Assembly (NCBI GenBank): GCA_964016885.1
Contig: OZ024743.1
Span: forward strand, 72,106,001 to 72,170,000
DNA: 64,000 nucleotides
Direction of reading: 5' to 3'
Source of the DNA: Eledone cirrhosa
Taxonomy: Eukaryota
Part shown: positions 33,201 to 46,606 of the stretch, piece after piece
How the letters are laid out: every line of letters begins with the position of its first letter
Numbering within the stretch: position 1 is the stretch's first letter
The notes under the pieces: model-generated
The model's input: only the letters and a program-made list of their open reading frames with translations
Databases searched by the model: none
Told to the model about the DNA's origin: nothing
Translations under genes and position numbers: made by a program

Positions 33201-36200
33201 CTACTTTCTACACATGCAGCTACTTTCTACAGATACAGCTACTTTCTACACATAGAGCTAGTTTCTACACATACCGCTGCTTTCTACACATACAGCTACT
33301 TTCTACACATACAGCTACTTTCTACACATACAGCTACTTTCTACACATACAGCTACTTTATACACATACAGCTACTTTCTACACATACAGCTACTTTCCA
33401 CACATACCGCTGCTTTCTACACATAGAGCTACTTTCTACACATACAGCTACTTTCTACACATACAGCTACTTTCTACACATACAGCTACTTTCTACACAT
33501 ACAGCTGCTTTCTACACATACAGCTACTTTCTACACATACAGCTACTTTCTACACATACAGCTACTTTCTACACATGCAGCTACTTTCTACACATACAGC
33601 AGCTTTCTACACATACAGCTGCTTTCTACACATACAGCTGCTTTCTACACATACAGCAGCTTTCTACACATACAGCTGCTTTCTACACATACAGCTGCTT
33701 TCTACACATACAGCTGCTTTCTACACATACAGCTACTTTCTACACATACAGCTACTTTCTACACATGCAGCTACTTTCTTCACATACAGCTACTTTCTAC
33801 ACATACAGCTACTTTCTACACATGTAGCTAATTTCTACACATACAGCTACTTTCTACACATACAGCTACTTTCTACACATACAGCTACTTTCTACACATG
33901 CAGCTACTTTCTTCACATACAGCTAGTCTCTACACATACAGCTACTTTCTACACATGCAGCTACTTTCTACACATGTAGCTAGTTTCTACACATACAGCT
34001 AGTCTCTACACATACAGCTGCTCTCTACACATACAGCTACTTTCTACACATACAGCTACTTTCTACACATACAGCTACTTTCTACACATACAGCTACTTT
34101 CTACACATACAGCTACTTTCTACACATACAGCTAGTTTCTACACATGCAGCTACTTTCTACACATACAGCTACTTTCTACACATACCGCTACTTTCTACT
34201 CATACAGCTACTTTCTAAACATGCAGCTAGTTTCTACACATACAGCTACTTTCTACACATGCAGCTACTTTCTACAAATACAGCTGCTTTCTACACATAC
34301 AGCTGCTTTCTACACATACAGCTACTTTCTACACATACAGCTACTTTCTACACATGTAGCTACTTTCTACACATACAGCTAGTTTCTACACATACAGCTA
34401 CTTTCTACACATACAGCTACTTTCTACACATGCAGCTACTTTCTACACATACAGCTAGTTTCTACACATACAGCTACTTTCTACACATGTAGCTACTTTC
34501 TACACATACAGCTGCTTTCTACACATACAGCTACTTTCTACACATACAGCTACTTTCTACACGTACAGCTAGTTTCTACACATACAGCTACTTTCTACAC
34601 ATGTAGCTACTTTCTACAAATACAGCTGCTTTCTACACATACAGCTGCTTTCTACACATACATCTGCTTTCTACACATACAGCTGCTTTCTACACATACA
34701 GCTACTTTCTACACATAGAGCTAGTTTCTACACATACAGCTACTTTCTACACATACAGCTACTTTCGACACATACAGCTACTTTCTACACGTACAGCTAC
34801 TTTCTACACATACAGCTACTTTCTACACATACAGCTACTTTCGACACATACAGCTACTTTCTACACGTACAGCTACTTTCTACACATACAGCTGCTTTCT
34901 ACACATACAGCTACTTTCTACACATACAGCTGCTTTCTACACATACAGCTACTTTATACACATACAGCTAGTTTCTACACATACAGCTAGTTTCTACACA
35001 TACAGCTACTTTCTACACATACAGCTAGTTTCTACACATACAGCTACTTTCTACACATACAGCTACCTTCTACACATGTAGCTGCTTTCTACACATACAG
35101 CTACTTTCTACAGATACAGCTAGTTTCTACACATACAGCTACTTTCTACACATACAGCTGCTTTCTACACATACAGCTACCTTCTACACATGTAGCTGCT
35201 TTCTACACATACAGCTACTTTCTACACATACAGCTAGTTTCTACACATACAGCTACTTTCTACACATACAGCTGCTTTCTACACATACAGCTACTTTCTA
35301 CACATACAGCTACTTTCTACACATACAGCTACATTCGACACATACAGCTACTTTCTACACATACAGCTACCTTCTACACATGTAGCTGCTTTCTACACAT
35401 ACAGCTACTTTCTACACATACAGCTACTTTCTACACATACAGCTACTTTCTACACATACAGCTACTTTCTACACATACAGCTACTTTCTACACATACAGC
35501 TACTTTCTACACATACAGCTACTTTCGACACATACAGCTACTTTCTACACATGCAGCTACTTTCTACACATGCAGCTACTTTCTACACATACAGCTACTT
35601 TCTACACATACAGCTACTTTCTACACATACAGCTACTTTCTACACATACAGCTAGTTTCTACACATACAGCTGCTTTCTACACATACAGCTACTTTCTAC
35701 ACATACAGCTACTTTCTACACATACAGCTACTTTCTACACATACAGCTAGTTTCTACACATACAGCTAGTTTCTACACATACAGCTACTTTCTACACATA
35801 CAGCTAGTTTCTACACATACAGCTACTTTCTACACATACAGCTAGTTTCTACACATACAGCTACTTTCTACACATACAGCTACTTTCTACACATACAGCT
35901 ACTTTCTACACATACAGCTACTTTCTACACATACAGCTACTTTCTACACATACAGCTAGTTTCTACACATACAGCTACTTTCTACACGTACAGCTACTTT
36001 CTACACATACAGCTACTTTCTAAACATGCAGCTACTTTCTACACATACAGCTACTTTCTACACATACAGCTACTTTCTAAACATGCAGCTACTTTCTACA
36101 CATACAGCTACTTTCTACACATACAGCTACTTTCTAAACATGCAGCTAGTTTCTACACATACAGCTACTTTCTACACATACAGCTACCTTCTACACATGT

Positions 36201-39200
36201 AGCTGCTTTCTACACATACAGCTGCTTTCTACACATACAGCTGCTTTCTACACATACAGCTGCTTTCTACACATACAGCTAGTTTCTACACATACAGCTA
36301 CTTTCTACACATGTAGCTAATTTCTACACATACAGCTAGTCTCTACACATACAGCTACTTTCTACACATGCAGCTACTTTCTACACATACAGCTACTTTC
36401 TACACATACAGCTGCTTTCTACACATACAGCTACTTTCTACACATACAGCTGCTTTCTACACATACATCTACTTTCTACTCATACAGCTACTTTCTACAC
36501 ATACATCTACTTTCTACTCATACAGCTAGTTTCTACACATACAGCTACTTTCTACACATACAGCTACTTTCTACACATACAGCTGCTTTCTACACATACA
36601 GCTAGTTTCTACACATACAGCTACTTTCTACACATACAGCTACTTTCTACACATACAGCTACTTTCTACACATACAGCTACTTTCTACACATACAGCTGC
36701 TTTCTACACATACAGCTACTTTCTACACATACAGCTACTTTCTACACATACAGCTGCTTTCTACACATACAGCTACTTTCTACACATACAGCTGCTTTCT
36801 ACACATACAGCTACTTTCTACACATACAGCTGCTTTCTACACATGTAGCTACTTTCTACACATACAGCTACTTTCTACACATGTAGCTACTTTCTACACA
36901 TACTGCTGCTTTCTACACATACAGCTACTTTCTACACATACAGCTACTTTCTACACATACAGCTACTTTCTACACATACTGCTGCTTTCTACACATACAG
37001 CTACTTTCTACACATACAGCTACTTTCTACACATACAGCTACTTTCTACACATACTGCTGCTTTCTACACATACAGCTGCTTTCTACACATACAGCTAGT
37101 TTCTACACATACATCTGCTTTCTACACATACAGCTGCTTTCTACACATGTAGCTACTTTCTACACATACAGCTACTTTCTACACATGTAGCTACTTTCTA
37201 CACATACTGCTGCTTTCTACACATACAGCTACTTTCTACACATACAGCTACTTTCTACACATACAGCTACTTTCTACACATACTGCTGCTTTCTACACAT
37301 ACAGCTACTTTCTACACATACAGCTACTTTCTACACATACAGCTACTTTCTACACATACTGCTGCTTTCTACACATACAGCTGCTTTCTACACATACAGC
37401 TACTTTCTACACATACAGCTACTTTCTACACATACAGCTGCTTTCTACACATACAGCTACTTTCTACACATACAGCTACTTTCTACACATACAGCTGCTT
37501 TCTACACATGTAGCTACTTTCTACACATACAGCTACTTTCTACACATACAGCTACTTTCTACACATACAGCTACTTTCTACACATACAGCTACTTTCTAC
37601 ACATACAGCTACTTTCTACACATACTGCTGCTTTCTACACATACAGCTACTTTCTACACACACAGCTACTTACTACACATACAGCTACTTTCTACACATA
37701 CAGCTAGTTTCTACACATACATCTGCTTTCTACACATACAGCTAGTTTCTACACATACAGCTACTTTCTACACATACAGCTACTTTCTACACATACAGCT
37801 ACTTTCTACACATACAGCTAGTTTCTACACATACAGCTACTTTCTACACATACAGCTACTTTCTACACATACAGCTGCTTTCTACACATACAGCTAGTTT
37901 CTACACATACAGCTACTTTCTACACATACAGCTACTTTCTACACATACAGCTACTTTCTACACATACAGCTAGTTTCTACACATACAGCTGCTTTCTACA
38001 CATACAGCTACTTTCTACACATACAGCTGCTTTCTACACATACAGCTACTTTCTACACATACAGCTACTTTCTACACATACAGCTGCTTTCTACACATAC
38101 AGCTAGTTTCTACACATACAGCTACTTTCTACACATACAGCTACTTTCTACACATACAGCTACTTTCTACACATACAGCTAGTTTCTACACATACAGCTA
38201 CTTTCTACACATACAGCTGCTTTCTACACATACAGCTACTTTCTACACATACAGCTACTTTCTACACATAGAGCTACTTTCTACACATACAGCTACTTTC
38301 TACACATGCAGCTAGTTTCTACACATACAGATACTTTCTACACATACAGCTACTTTCTACACATACAGCTACTTTCTACACATACAGCTACTTTCTACAC
38401 ATACAGCTGCTTTCTACACATACAGCCACTTTCTACACATGCAGCTACTTTCTACACATACAGCTACTTTCTACACATACAGCTACTTTCTACACATACA
38501 GCTACTTTCTACACATACAGCTGCTTTCTACACATACAGCTACTTTCTACACATACAGCTACTTTCTACATATACAGCTACTTTCTACACATACAGCTAC
38601 TTTCTACACATACAGCTACTTTCTACACATGCAGCTACTTTCTACACATGCAGCTACTTTCTACACATACAGCTACTTTCTACACATACAGCTACTTTCT
38701 ACACATACAGCTACTTTCTACACATACAGCTACTTTCTACACATACAGCTACTTTCTACACATACAGCTAGTTTCTACACATACAGCTACTTTCTACACA
38801 TGTAGCTGCTTTCTACACATACAGCTACTTTCTACACATACAGCTACTTTCTACACATACAGCTAGTTTCTACACATACAGCTACTTTCTACACATACAG
38901 CTACTTTCTACACATACAGCTGCTTTCTACACATACAGCTACTTTCTACACATACAGCTACTTTCTACACATACAGCTACTTTCTACACATACAGCTACT
39001 TTATACACATGTAGCTGCTTTCTACACATACAGCTACTTTCTACACATACAGCTACTTTCTACACATACAGCTACTTTCTACACATACAGCTACTTTCTA
39101 CACATGCAGCTACTTTCTACACATACAGCTAGTTTCTACACATACAGCTACTTTATACACATACAGCTACTTTATACACATACAGCTACTTTCTACACAT

Positions 39201-39646
39201 GCAGCTACTTTCTACACATGCAGCTAGTTTCTACACATACAGCTACTTTATACACATACAGCTACTTTATACACATACAGCTGCTTTCTACACATACAGC
39301 TACTTTCTACACATGTAGCTAGTTTCTACACATACAGCTAGTTTCTACACATACAGCTACTTTCTACACATACAGCTACTTTCTACACATACAGCTACTT
39401 TCTACACATACAGCTGCTTTCTACACATACAGCTACTTTCTACACATACAGCTACTTTCTACACATACAGCTACTTTCTACATATAGAGCTGCTTTCTAC
39501 ACATACAGCTACTTTCTACACATACAGCTAGTTTCTACACATACAGCTCGTGGTATATAAGAGAAAGACTCATACTTATTACGGGAATGTCTGTATACAT
39601 TAACATATTCGTATTATGTGCTCACATATGTATTTACATTAACGTG

Positions 39647-39679
39647 TACACACACACACAACACACAAACAGACACACA

Positions 39680-39735
<56 letters not shown>

Positions 39736-39932
39736 AATGTGAATGTGAGTATATATTTGTATGCACACACACACATATACATATATTAATGTGTATATGA
39801 GTATATCTTTTTATGCACACACACATATACATATATAAATGTGTATGTGAGTATACATTTGTATATACACACATACATATATATATATATAATTGTGTAT
39901 GAGTATATATTTGTATACACACACACATACAT
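39647..39932. repeat. Compound (CA)n/(TA)n microsatellite region bordering the satellite
   Basis: Direct reading; pure (TA)n at ~39683-39732. Confidence 0.95.
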
Positions 39933-39971
39933 TCACAAATACAAGGTGAAGGCTTTTCTCGTTTTGTGTCA

Positions 39972-40200
39972 GAGCTCCGATACCATGGACCTGTGGTCAG
40001 AATGTCTCAGGAAAGAATCGGCGCAGTGAATTTAGTAGCGAAACCAACCGACAGGAGATCCAGGGGTAGACCCCGAGCAAGATGGTTGGATAACAACCAT
40101 GACCTCGGATCAATTGGAGATGGTTGCTTCTGACAGTAGCTGTGGGAAGTAGTGTTTGAAGACACTGGCGTCAACATCCTGTCCTGAATATGTGGGCGAT
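39972..40200 (+). mobile_element. Degenerate 3' end of an RTE-clade LINE
   Basis: Frame from 39972 reads ELRYHGPVVRMSQERIGAVNLVAKPTDRRSRGRPRARWLDNNHDL, matching the RTE ORF C-terminal pattern LRWxGHVxRM...GxRPRGRPxxRWxD. Confidence 0.8.
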
Positions 40201-41365
40201 GAAGATGTTACGTAATTATATCTTGGAAATAAATAGAAATATTTTCATCTTCAATTATTTCCATGTAGATATTTCGTTTATCAAAATGCAAAAATCCTCA
40301 TTTCTTATACTTGTTCATATATCAGTTAATATATGACGCGAATCCTGCCTTCAATGCAATCTATGTTATTATTGACGACACGAATACACATATAAAATAT
40401 AGTAAATTATATTTAGAACATTTTTTTATGTAAAGTAATATCCCAAATATTAGTGTTTAATATCAATGTTACAATTCGTGAAAACAATTTCATTTCCATC
40501 AAAATACAAGACACCCTAATCAGATCGATTCAAATCAATCAGAATATTGTCAAATGTTTAATTTAGTACATTTTCGACTTCATAGGCGGTATTTGTTGAG
40601 ATCTTGTAAATATCGTGTTATAATGTGCCTTTCCTGAATTTTTCCTTATTTTGTTCTCCAATAAAACGATTAATTTGCGTTTAATAATTGCTTCCTTTAA
40701 AAATGAGAGTACCAATATTAGATTATTGAACAGTCACCTCAGTCACTTCAATTTAATCTTATTTCGATGCATTAAGAACAAAACTGATTTTGTTGCTCTA
40801 TGCTCGATCGAGAATGTTAAAAAACTCAACCAGCCAAACAAACAAACCACTAGTCATTATTACCATCGTAATTAAGATATTACATTTCTCACAAAGCCGT
40901 GCACATTTCAGCACTCTCCTTGTTCTAATTCACTCGGACATTGTATAAATGGTAGTTGTTGGTAGTCAATTGTCGTCTGCAAATGGTGCATTAGTTTTAT
41001 CTTATTTTCTTTGGCAATTATTTTTATTTATTTGACTGTCGTTATCTTCTCCCTACGATGTTGATTTGATACAAAGATGAAAAGTCACTTATTAATTTAA
41101 TGTTAAAACTAAACATGGAATAAAACCAAACTGGGTCAGGGCGATAAGTGAAAATCATATTATGGAATCAATTTACTGATTTCATAATTAATTGTAATGA
41201 ATGATTGCTAATTGCTAACTACACTCGAGTGTGTAGTCAATCTACGGAAGTGGTTCGATAATCTGATAGGACTAAATCAGACCAAATAATAATTTTAACT
41301 ATACAGGTATTTCTTCAGACTCTGACGATATAAATATGATTAATTAGCAATGAAGATAAGGGCGT

Positions 41366-42206
41366 AGTGTTATTGTTGTTAGTGGTGTTGATGGTAGTAG
41401 TTCTGTTTGTATTGGTGGCAGTGGTGGTGGTGGTGGTGGTGGTGGTGGTGTTGGTGATGGTGGTGGTGGTGATGGTGGTGGTGTTGGTGGTGGTGGTGTT
41501 GGTGGTGGTGGTGTTGGTGGTAGTAGTAGTTCTGTTTGTCATGGTGGGGGTGGTGGTAGTAGCCGTATTTGTGGTGGTGTTGCTGGTGGTGTGGATGGTG
41601 TTGGTGGGGATGGTGGTGATGGTGGTGGTGGTGATGGTGGTGGTTGTGATGGTGGTGGTAATGGTGGCGGTGGTGGTTATGGTGGTGATTGTGGTGGTGA
41701 TGTTGTTGGTGATGTTGGTTGTAGTGATGGTGTTAGTGATGGTGGTGGTGATGATGGTGGTGATGGTGGTGTTGTTGGTGGTGGTGATGGTGGTGGTGAT
41801 GGTGGTGGTGATGATTGTGGTGGTGTTAGTGCTGGTGATGGTGGTGGTGTTGGTGCTGGTGATGGTGTTGGTGGGGGTGGTGGTGGGGGTGATGGTGTTG
41901 GTGGTGATGGTGGTGATGGTGGCTGTGATGGTAATGCTTGAGGTGGTGGTGGTGGTGGTGGTGGTGATGTTGGTTGTGGGGATGATGGTGGGACTGATGT
42001 TGGTTGTGGTGATGAAGGTGGTGGTAATACTGTTGATGTTGATGTTGGAGGTGATGATGCTGTTGGTGGATGTGGAGATGGTGGTGATGGTGATGCTGGT
42101 TGTGGTGATGATGGTGATGTTGGTTGTGGTGATGATGGTGGTGGTGATGCTGGTTGTGATGATGATGGTTGTGGTGATATTGGTTGAGGTGATGATATTG
42201 GTGTTG
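41366..42206. repeat. Long degenerate (GGT/GAT/GTT)n trinucleotide low-complexity tract
   Basis: About 840 bp of GGT-dominated triplets; it generates the poly-V, poly-T, G/D-rich and P/S-rich ORFs. Confidence 0.95.
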
Positions 42207-42369
42207 ACAATACTATTATTTATCAATCAATCTGCCAAGCAGATATCCCACACAAAGTAGGATATCAGTGTTCAGGACAGAAACTACAAAATGAAATGGA
42301 TGTAATGTACTGCAGATTAAAATGTAAAAAAATAAGAGAAGTATTGTGTGTTATTTTAGGTACTATAAT

Positions 42370-42490
42370 GCGAATATGGTTGCTGGTAAGGAAGTTTTCT
42401 TTGCAATAATGAGATCCTTGGTTCAATTCCATTGTGTGCTACCTTCAGCAAATGTTTTTACCGTGGCCTTAGATCCACCCAAACCATATA
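42370..42490 (+). mobile_element. Degenerate tRNA-derived SINE 5' part
   Basis: A-box-like GGTTGCTGGTAAG, B-box GGTTCAATTCC (~42420-42430), then a CORE-like ACCTTCAGCAAATGTTTTTAC stretch. Confidence 0.55.
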
Positions 42491-42750
42491 AGCTTTTAGC
42501 TTGTGTAACACGCTGTGACCCAGAGTTGACCAGCAGTACCACTTCTAGGGGTCAAAACTACCAAGGTCTACCTCAACGGCCGATGATCCTGGAATTCTGT
42601 GTCTTTCGTTTGTACTTTAAAAAAAAAAAAAAAAAGTTTTTAAAGTCTTCTCTTTAAAAAAATGGTTTTCTTTTAGCGTTGTTTTCGTTCTTTCTCTTGT
42701 TGATTCTTTGTTAATTTTCTCAAGTTATATATATATATGAATATATATAT

Positions 42751-42879
42751 AATAAATGTAATCTGAGTTTCTCGCATATTAATAATAACATACGATTCGT
42801 TTGCAATTATACAAACAAGCCTCATTTTTACAGGCATGTCAGTAGAATGAACCCTTCATTCTTGCTCTTGTGTTGGCAT
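42751..42879 (+). repeat. Dispersed ~125-bp repeat, copy 1 (copy 2 at 61048-61169)
   Basis: Shared AATAAATGTwATCTGAGTTT...CGATTCGTTTGCAATTAT...TCATTCTTGCTCTTGTrTTGGCAT; both copies start right after a (TA)n tract. Confidence 0.85.
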
Positions 42880-42919
42880 CACAGTATTTGAAGTCCATTG
42901 AGAGATAAGCATCGCTGTC

Positions 42920-44140
42920 TTGTCCATAGGTGACGTAGACAATGCACTAAAGGCAGTGAGACCAGGCAAAGCTTCTGTGCTTGATGACCTATCTGTGGAA
43001 ACTAGCCATAGCTTCCGTGTTTCTAAGAGATTTGTGCATCGAAACCTTTGAAGGGCAGAGGTCTAAGGAATGGGGATATCAGGAAAAGTACCAATACCTA
43101 ACAAAGCTGTCCTCATCATCTGCATCATCTAGAATCAGTCTTACGCAAATTGCAAAAATATTTACAATAGGATGATCCCGAATAGGATCAGACCATGTTT
43201 CGACAACATTCTACGATCCAGCCAAAATGGATTTCGTCCATTTCACTCTAGTGCTTCACATATCTTGGTTTTACGAAGAATTGTTGAGGCGATACAGAAT
43301 CGAAGGAGGGAGGCAGCAATTATATTCATAGATTTCAGAGAAGGCTTCTGATACGACCAACCGAAAGAAGTTGCTCAAAATAACCCATCAGATCGTGAAT
43401 GCAATTAGTCATGTATGAGACTACTGCATAATGTCATTGCAAAATCAGACGAAATAAAGCTGAACAGTTGGCAAAGTACCCGACATTCGGTTAAGAGACT
43501 ACCTGAAATGACATAGCTCTCATGGAAAACACCTGCAAAGAATATGAGGACGTGTTACACACACTGGAGGCTGGGCTGCAGTGGAGTCCATTGTACTCTT
43601 CTTGAATGTGGACAAAACAAAATAAATGCTTCTCAACAAATGCATGCACTAGATGGTTCGGAGATTTAGGAAGTGGATGACTTTGTATACCTTGGCAGTT
43701 TTACTAACAGAGTCTGATGTAAACACCAGGATAGGCAAGGCATGGGGACCTCCCAAATCTCTTTCAAAGCTGTGGGTGCGTTCGATGAAAAGTACGAAAA
43801 TGAAGCTTTTCAAAGCAACGGTTCAGTCCATACTCCTGTATGGGTGTGAGTGGTGGATACTAACAAATACACTCACAGAGAGGGTTAATGCTACATTCAC
43901 ATGAATGCTGAAAAAGCTCCATAACATCATGTAGGAAGCATATAGCAAATATATCGTTTTAAGGCTCACACATTCGCCATTCTATCATTATAAGAAGACT
44001 CGTATTTGTCGGGCATGTGAAATGTCACAATAAACCTGCTGAGAGAGTTCTTTTGGGGAAGTTTGTTGTATACCGAGAACGTGAAAGAACACCCACCACG
44101 CTGAAAGGTCTTCTTGGAGATGACACTGGGTCGGAAGCAG
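42920..44140 (+). mobile_element. Decayed RTE/RTEX-clade LINE reverse transcriptase region with frameshifts and stops
   Basis: Ordered RT motifs across frames: DVDNALKAVRPGKAS; RISLTQIAKI; YNRMIPNRIRPCFDNILRSSQNGFRP; HILVLRRIVE; AAIIFIDFR; NDIALM (eroded YADDIAL); LNVDKTK; EVDDFVYLGS; TRIGKAW...LFKATVQSILLYGCEWW; LVFVGHV. Confidence 0.92.
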
Positions 44141-46449
44141 TGGATTAATTAGTTTCATCTAGTAAACAAAACCCTAGGTTTTATACACTATATATAATTA
44201 TAACCTAATATTATCTGCGGAAATAAATTATGAGTATTCCTTCTCTAATATTCCCAGAAATCTAGTAACGTTAGTTCCAATAGATTCCATTCACACAAAT
44301 ATGGAGTTATGTATTGTAAAAGCTATATCTTATGGTTTCAATATATATGTTCATTGTTCAAACTAGACGCAGCATTAATAAACTTGAGAATAGCAGATGC
44401 GAACAAGATCAACATCTTTTTGTGCACTAAGAAAACCAATCACATTAATAAATATTTTGACAAATATATTTTATCTCGTCTCTCAATTATAAATAATAGA
44501 ACAGTTATACCATTGGAGGATTTACAATTGAACATGTATAACCCACAGAGGAAATTCAAGTAACATTCAGTGATAATCATGGAGGAATTTTAAGTAATAT
44601 TACGTCATATCTAACTAGGAATCACAAGTAAATGAACACATGAGGTATTTATTTCCTTCTGGAATTTCAAATATATGAGAAAACATAACAATTATTTATC
44701 AATCGAAATAATGATATAACACAGATTTCATTCATTCATTACTAATGGTAATAAATATAACACTACTTCACAGTGGAGATGGTAATTAGGAATATACGTT
44801 TATGATGGCGTAATATATAATCATGTAATATTGTAGAATATATACGTAATCCAAAAGCTGAGAGTACTGAAAGCAATGTGTCATTAGTTAGTTAGGCGAT
44901 CAAAATATTTCATGCAATGTTATGAAACATATTTATTGGGTTAAGTACTCACATTATGATTGATGTGTGTTTCATTTAATGGAGTACAGTATTCCGTTTC
45001 TCTGTTCCGGGGAGGTCAAAGGTTAGTTTCCAGTCAGAAAGAAACTGAAAAATTGTAAAATAATCAATAACGTAAAATCAACAACATCGAAACTTCTGTG
45101 AAATAACTGTATTAACAAATATTGATTATTAACATCAAACTAACGGAACACAGTTTAGGGAGGAGTATATTCTATTTCATCGGGTTTATTACTTGACTGG
45201 TATTCATTCTGCCGATTCCCGGAAGAATGGAATTTAACCTTAGCTCAATATGATCTCGGAAAATAAACGGACGAGTAACTATAAATTATTAAAGTCTGTA
45301 CTACAACGTTAATGCGATGGAATGACAAAGCTATTATATCATAAAGACAATGTTTATTAATTTTGTAACCATCATGTATTTAGGGATAGTTCTGTGCAGT
45401 GAATTCACACCAGTATGTAACTGGTAATTTATTCTGTCGACTATTAATGTACCAAAGTTAATGTGAGCCCAAATGCTGTATCTAAATAAAAGAACACCTG
45501 TTTCTCACTTTCTATCGGGTCCGGTTCTCTGTCAACAACAGTTGAAGCACATAGTTTACAGTGATGCAACCTTAAAAAGAAGTCCTAATATTCTCCATGA
45601 AGCCGAAATGTTCTCTGATGATCCCGCTAATATGTATTATAAAATCATATTAAAACAACATTTACAAAATAGAATAACATCAGTTATATAATGTATTTTG
45701 ATCTTCAGATTAGGATATTTTCTCTTCTATGTTTTTCAATTACATTTGAGTAGCAATTCTAGTGTCTAAACATTATTACACTCCTAGAATGTGTTTATTT
45801 CTTTACTTTGAACATATTTGTTACTCATTAGATCACGTTATTGGGAATCAACAGATGTGTTTTCTTTAAAAATAAATTTAATTGCTTTTCTTCTAATTAA
45901 ACAGTATTTTCTAAACATTTTATGGATTGCTCTCAAATCAGAAGCGAGTATTTGTAATTCTTCATTACCTGGCTCTGACGAAGATATATGTCTATTCCGC
46001 ACAGTATAATTCTTCCGAAGCTATTTTCTGAAGTGAGATCTTCTGATATTTCTTGTATTTATAAGGTTATTAAGGAAGTACAGATAGAGCAAAAATGATT
46101 AGTACGCGCTGCTTCAAATATATTATAAAAGAAATGTACCTCCTTTATCTGCTGTCAAATATTTATCAATTGTATAAGTCGCTTCTCCTTGAGGGCAAAC
46201 TGAGCTGGGATTAATATCGTCTATTGGAGTTAATCCTAAATACTACTGGGGCTGATATTATTCAAAAGGTGTCTTCTCAGATTAAATATGCATGGTCGCA
46301 TATATTCTAATGGGGTCTTAGCGGTGCCGTGTTGACATACGGTGATTCTAAGGCATGTTTAAACAATGCAGAGCCCATTCGTCTCTACCAGATTTCTTCT
46401 AGAGAAGGATAGCGAGTGTGGGAATGGAAGTGTGAAAGAGATATAGAGG

Positions 46450-46606
46450 AGGAATCAACTCCAGTACTAGATTTGTACTTCTTTATCGAACTCGAAAGGA
46501 TGAAAAGTAAAGCTGACTTCGACGGGATTTGAACTCAGAGTAGATAGCAGAACCGAATGCTACACAGCTTTCTAGCAGACGTTCTGATGACTCTGCAAAT
46601 TCGCCG
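46450..46606 (-). mobile_element. tRNA-derived SINE (octopus-type), degenerate
   Basis: Minus strand reads ...CTGAGTTCAAATCCCGTCGAAGTCAGCTTTACTTTTCATCCTTTCGAGTTCGATAAAG, homologous to the copies at 49186, 49390, 56958 and 63851. Confidence 0.8.

Larger units (their letters stand above)
1..39548. repeat. 19-bp tandem satellite array, consensus CAGCTACTTTCTACACATA, about 2,080 monomers in the window and open at the left edge
   Basis: Continuous head-to-tail 19-mers with point variants (GCTGC, GCTAG, CATGC, CAGAT, AAATAGAG and others) and rare 17/18-bp monomers. Ends abruptly at ...ATACAGCT|CGTGGTAT (39548). Confidence 0.99.

Noticed and set aside
734-39322. Dozens of + strand ORFs up to 698 aa (FYTYSYFLHIQLLSTHTAT repeats)
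   Set aside because: Three 19-bp monomers give a stop-free 19-aa cycle in all + frames, and starts and stops come from monomer variants. There is no evidence of coding function.
1-39548. CRISPR array or telomeric repeat interpretation
   Set aside because: There are no unique spacers or cas genes and the context is eukaryotic. The unit is not TTAGGG-like and is more variable than telomerase products.
41315-42260. Poly-Val, poly-Thr, Gly/Asp-rich and Pro/Ser-rich ORFs as genes
   Set aside because: All are readings of the same trinucleotide tract.
45165-45470. Two further very old SINE fragments (ACTTGACTGGTATTCATT.., CCAGTATGTAACTGGTAATTTATT..)
   Set aside because: Similarity is too short and degenerate to set boundaries.
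45610-46020. CTGATGA (~45616) and CTGACGA (~45975) as ribozyme cores
   Set aside because: No convincing stem II-GAAA-stem III arrangement follows either motif.
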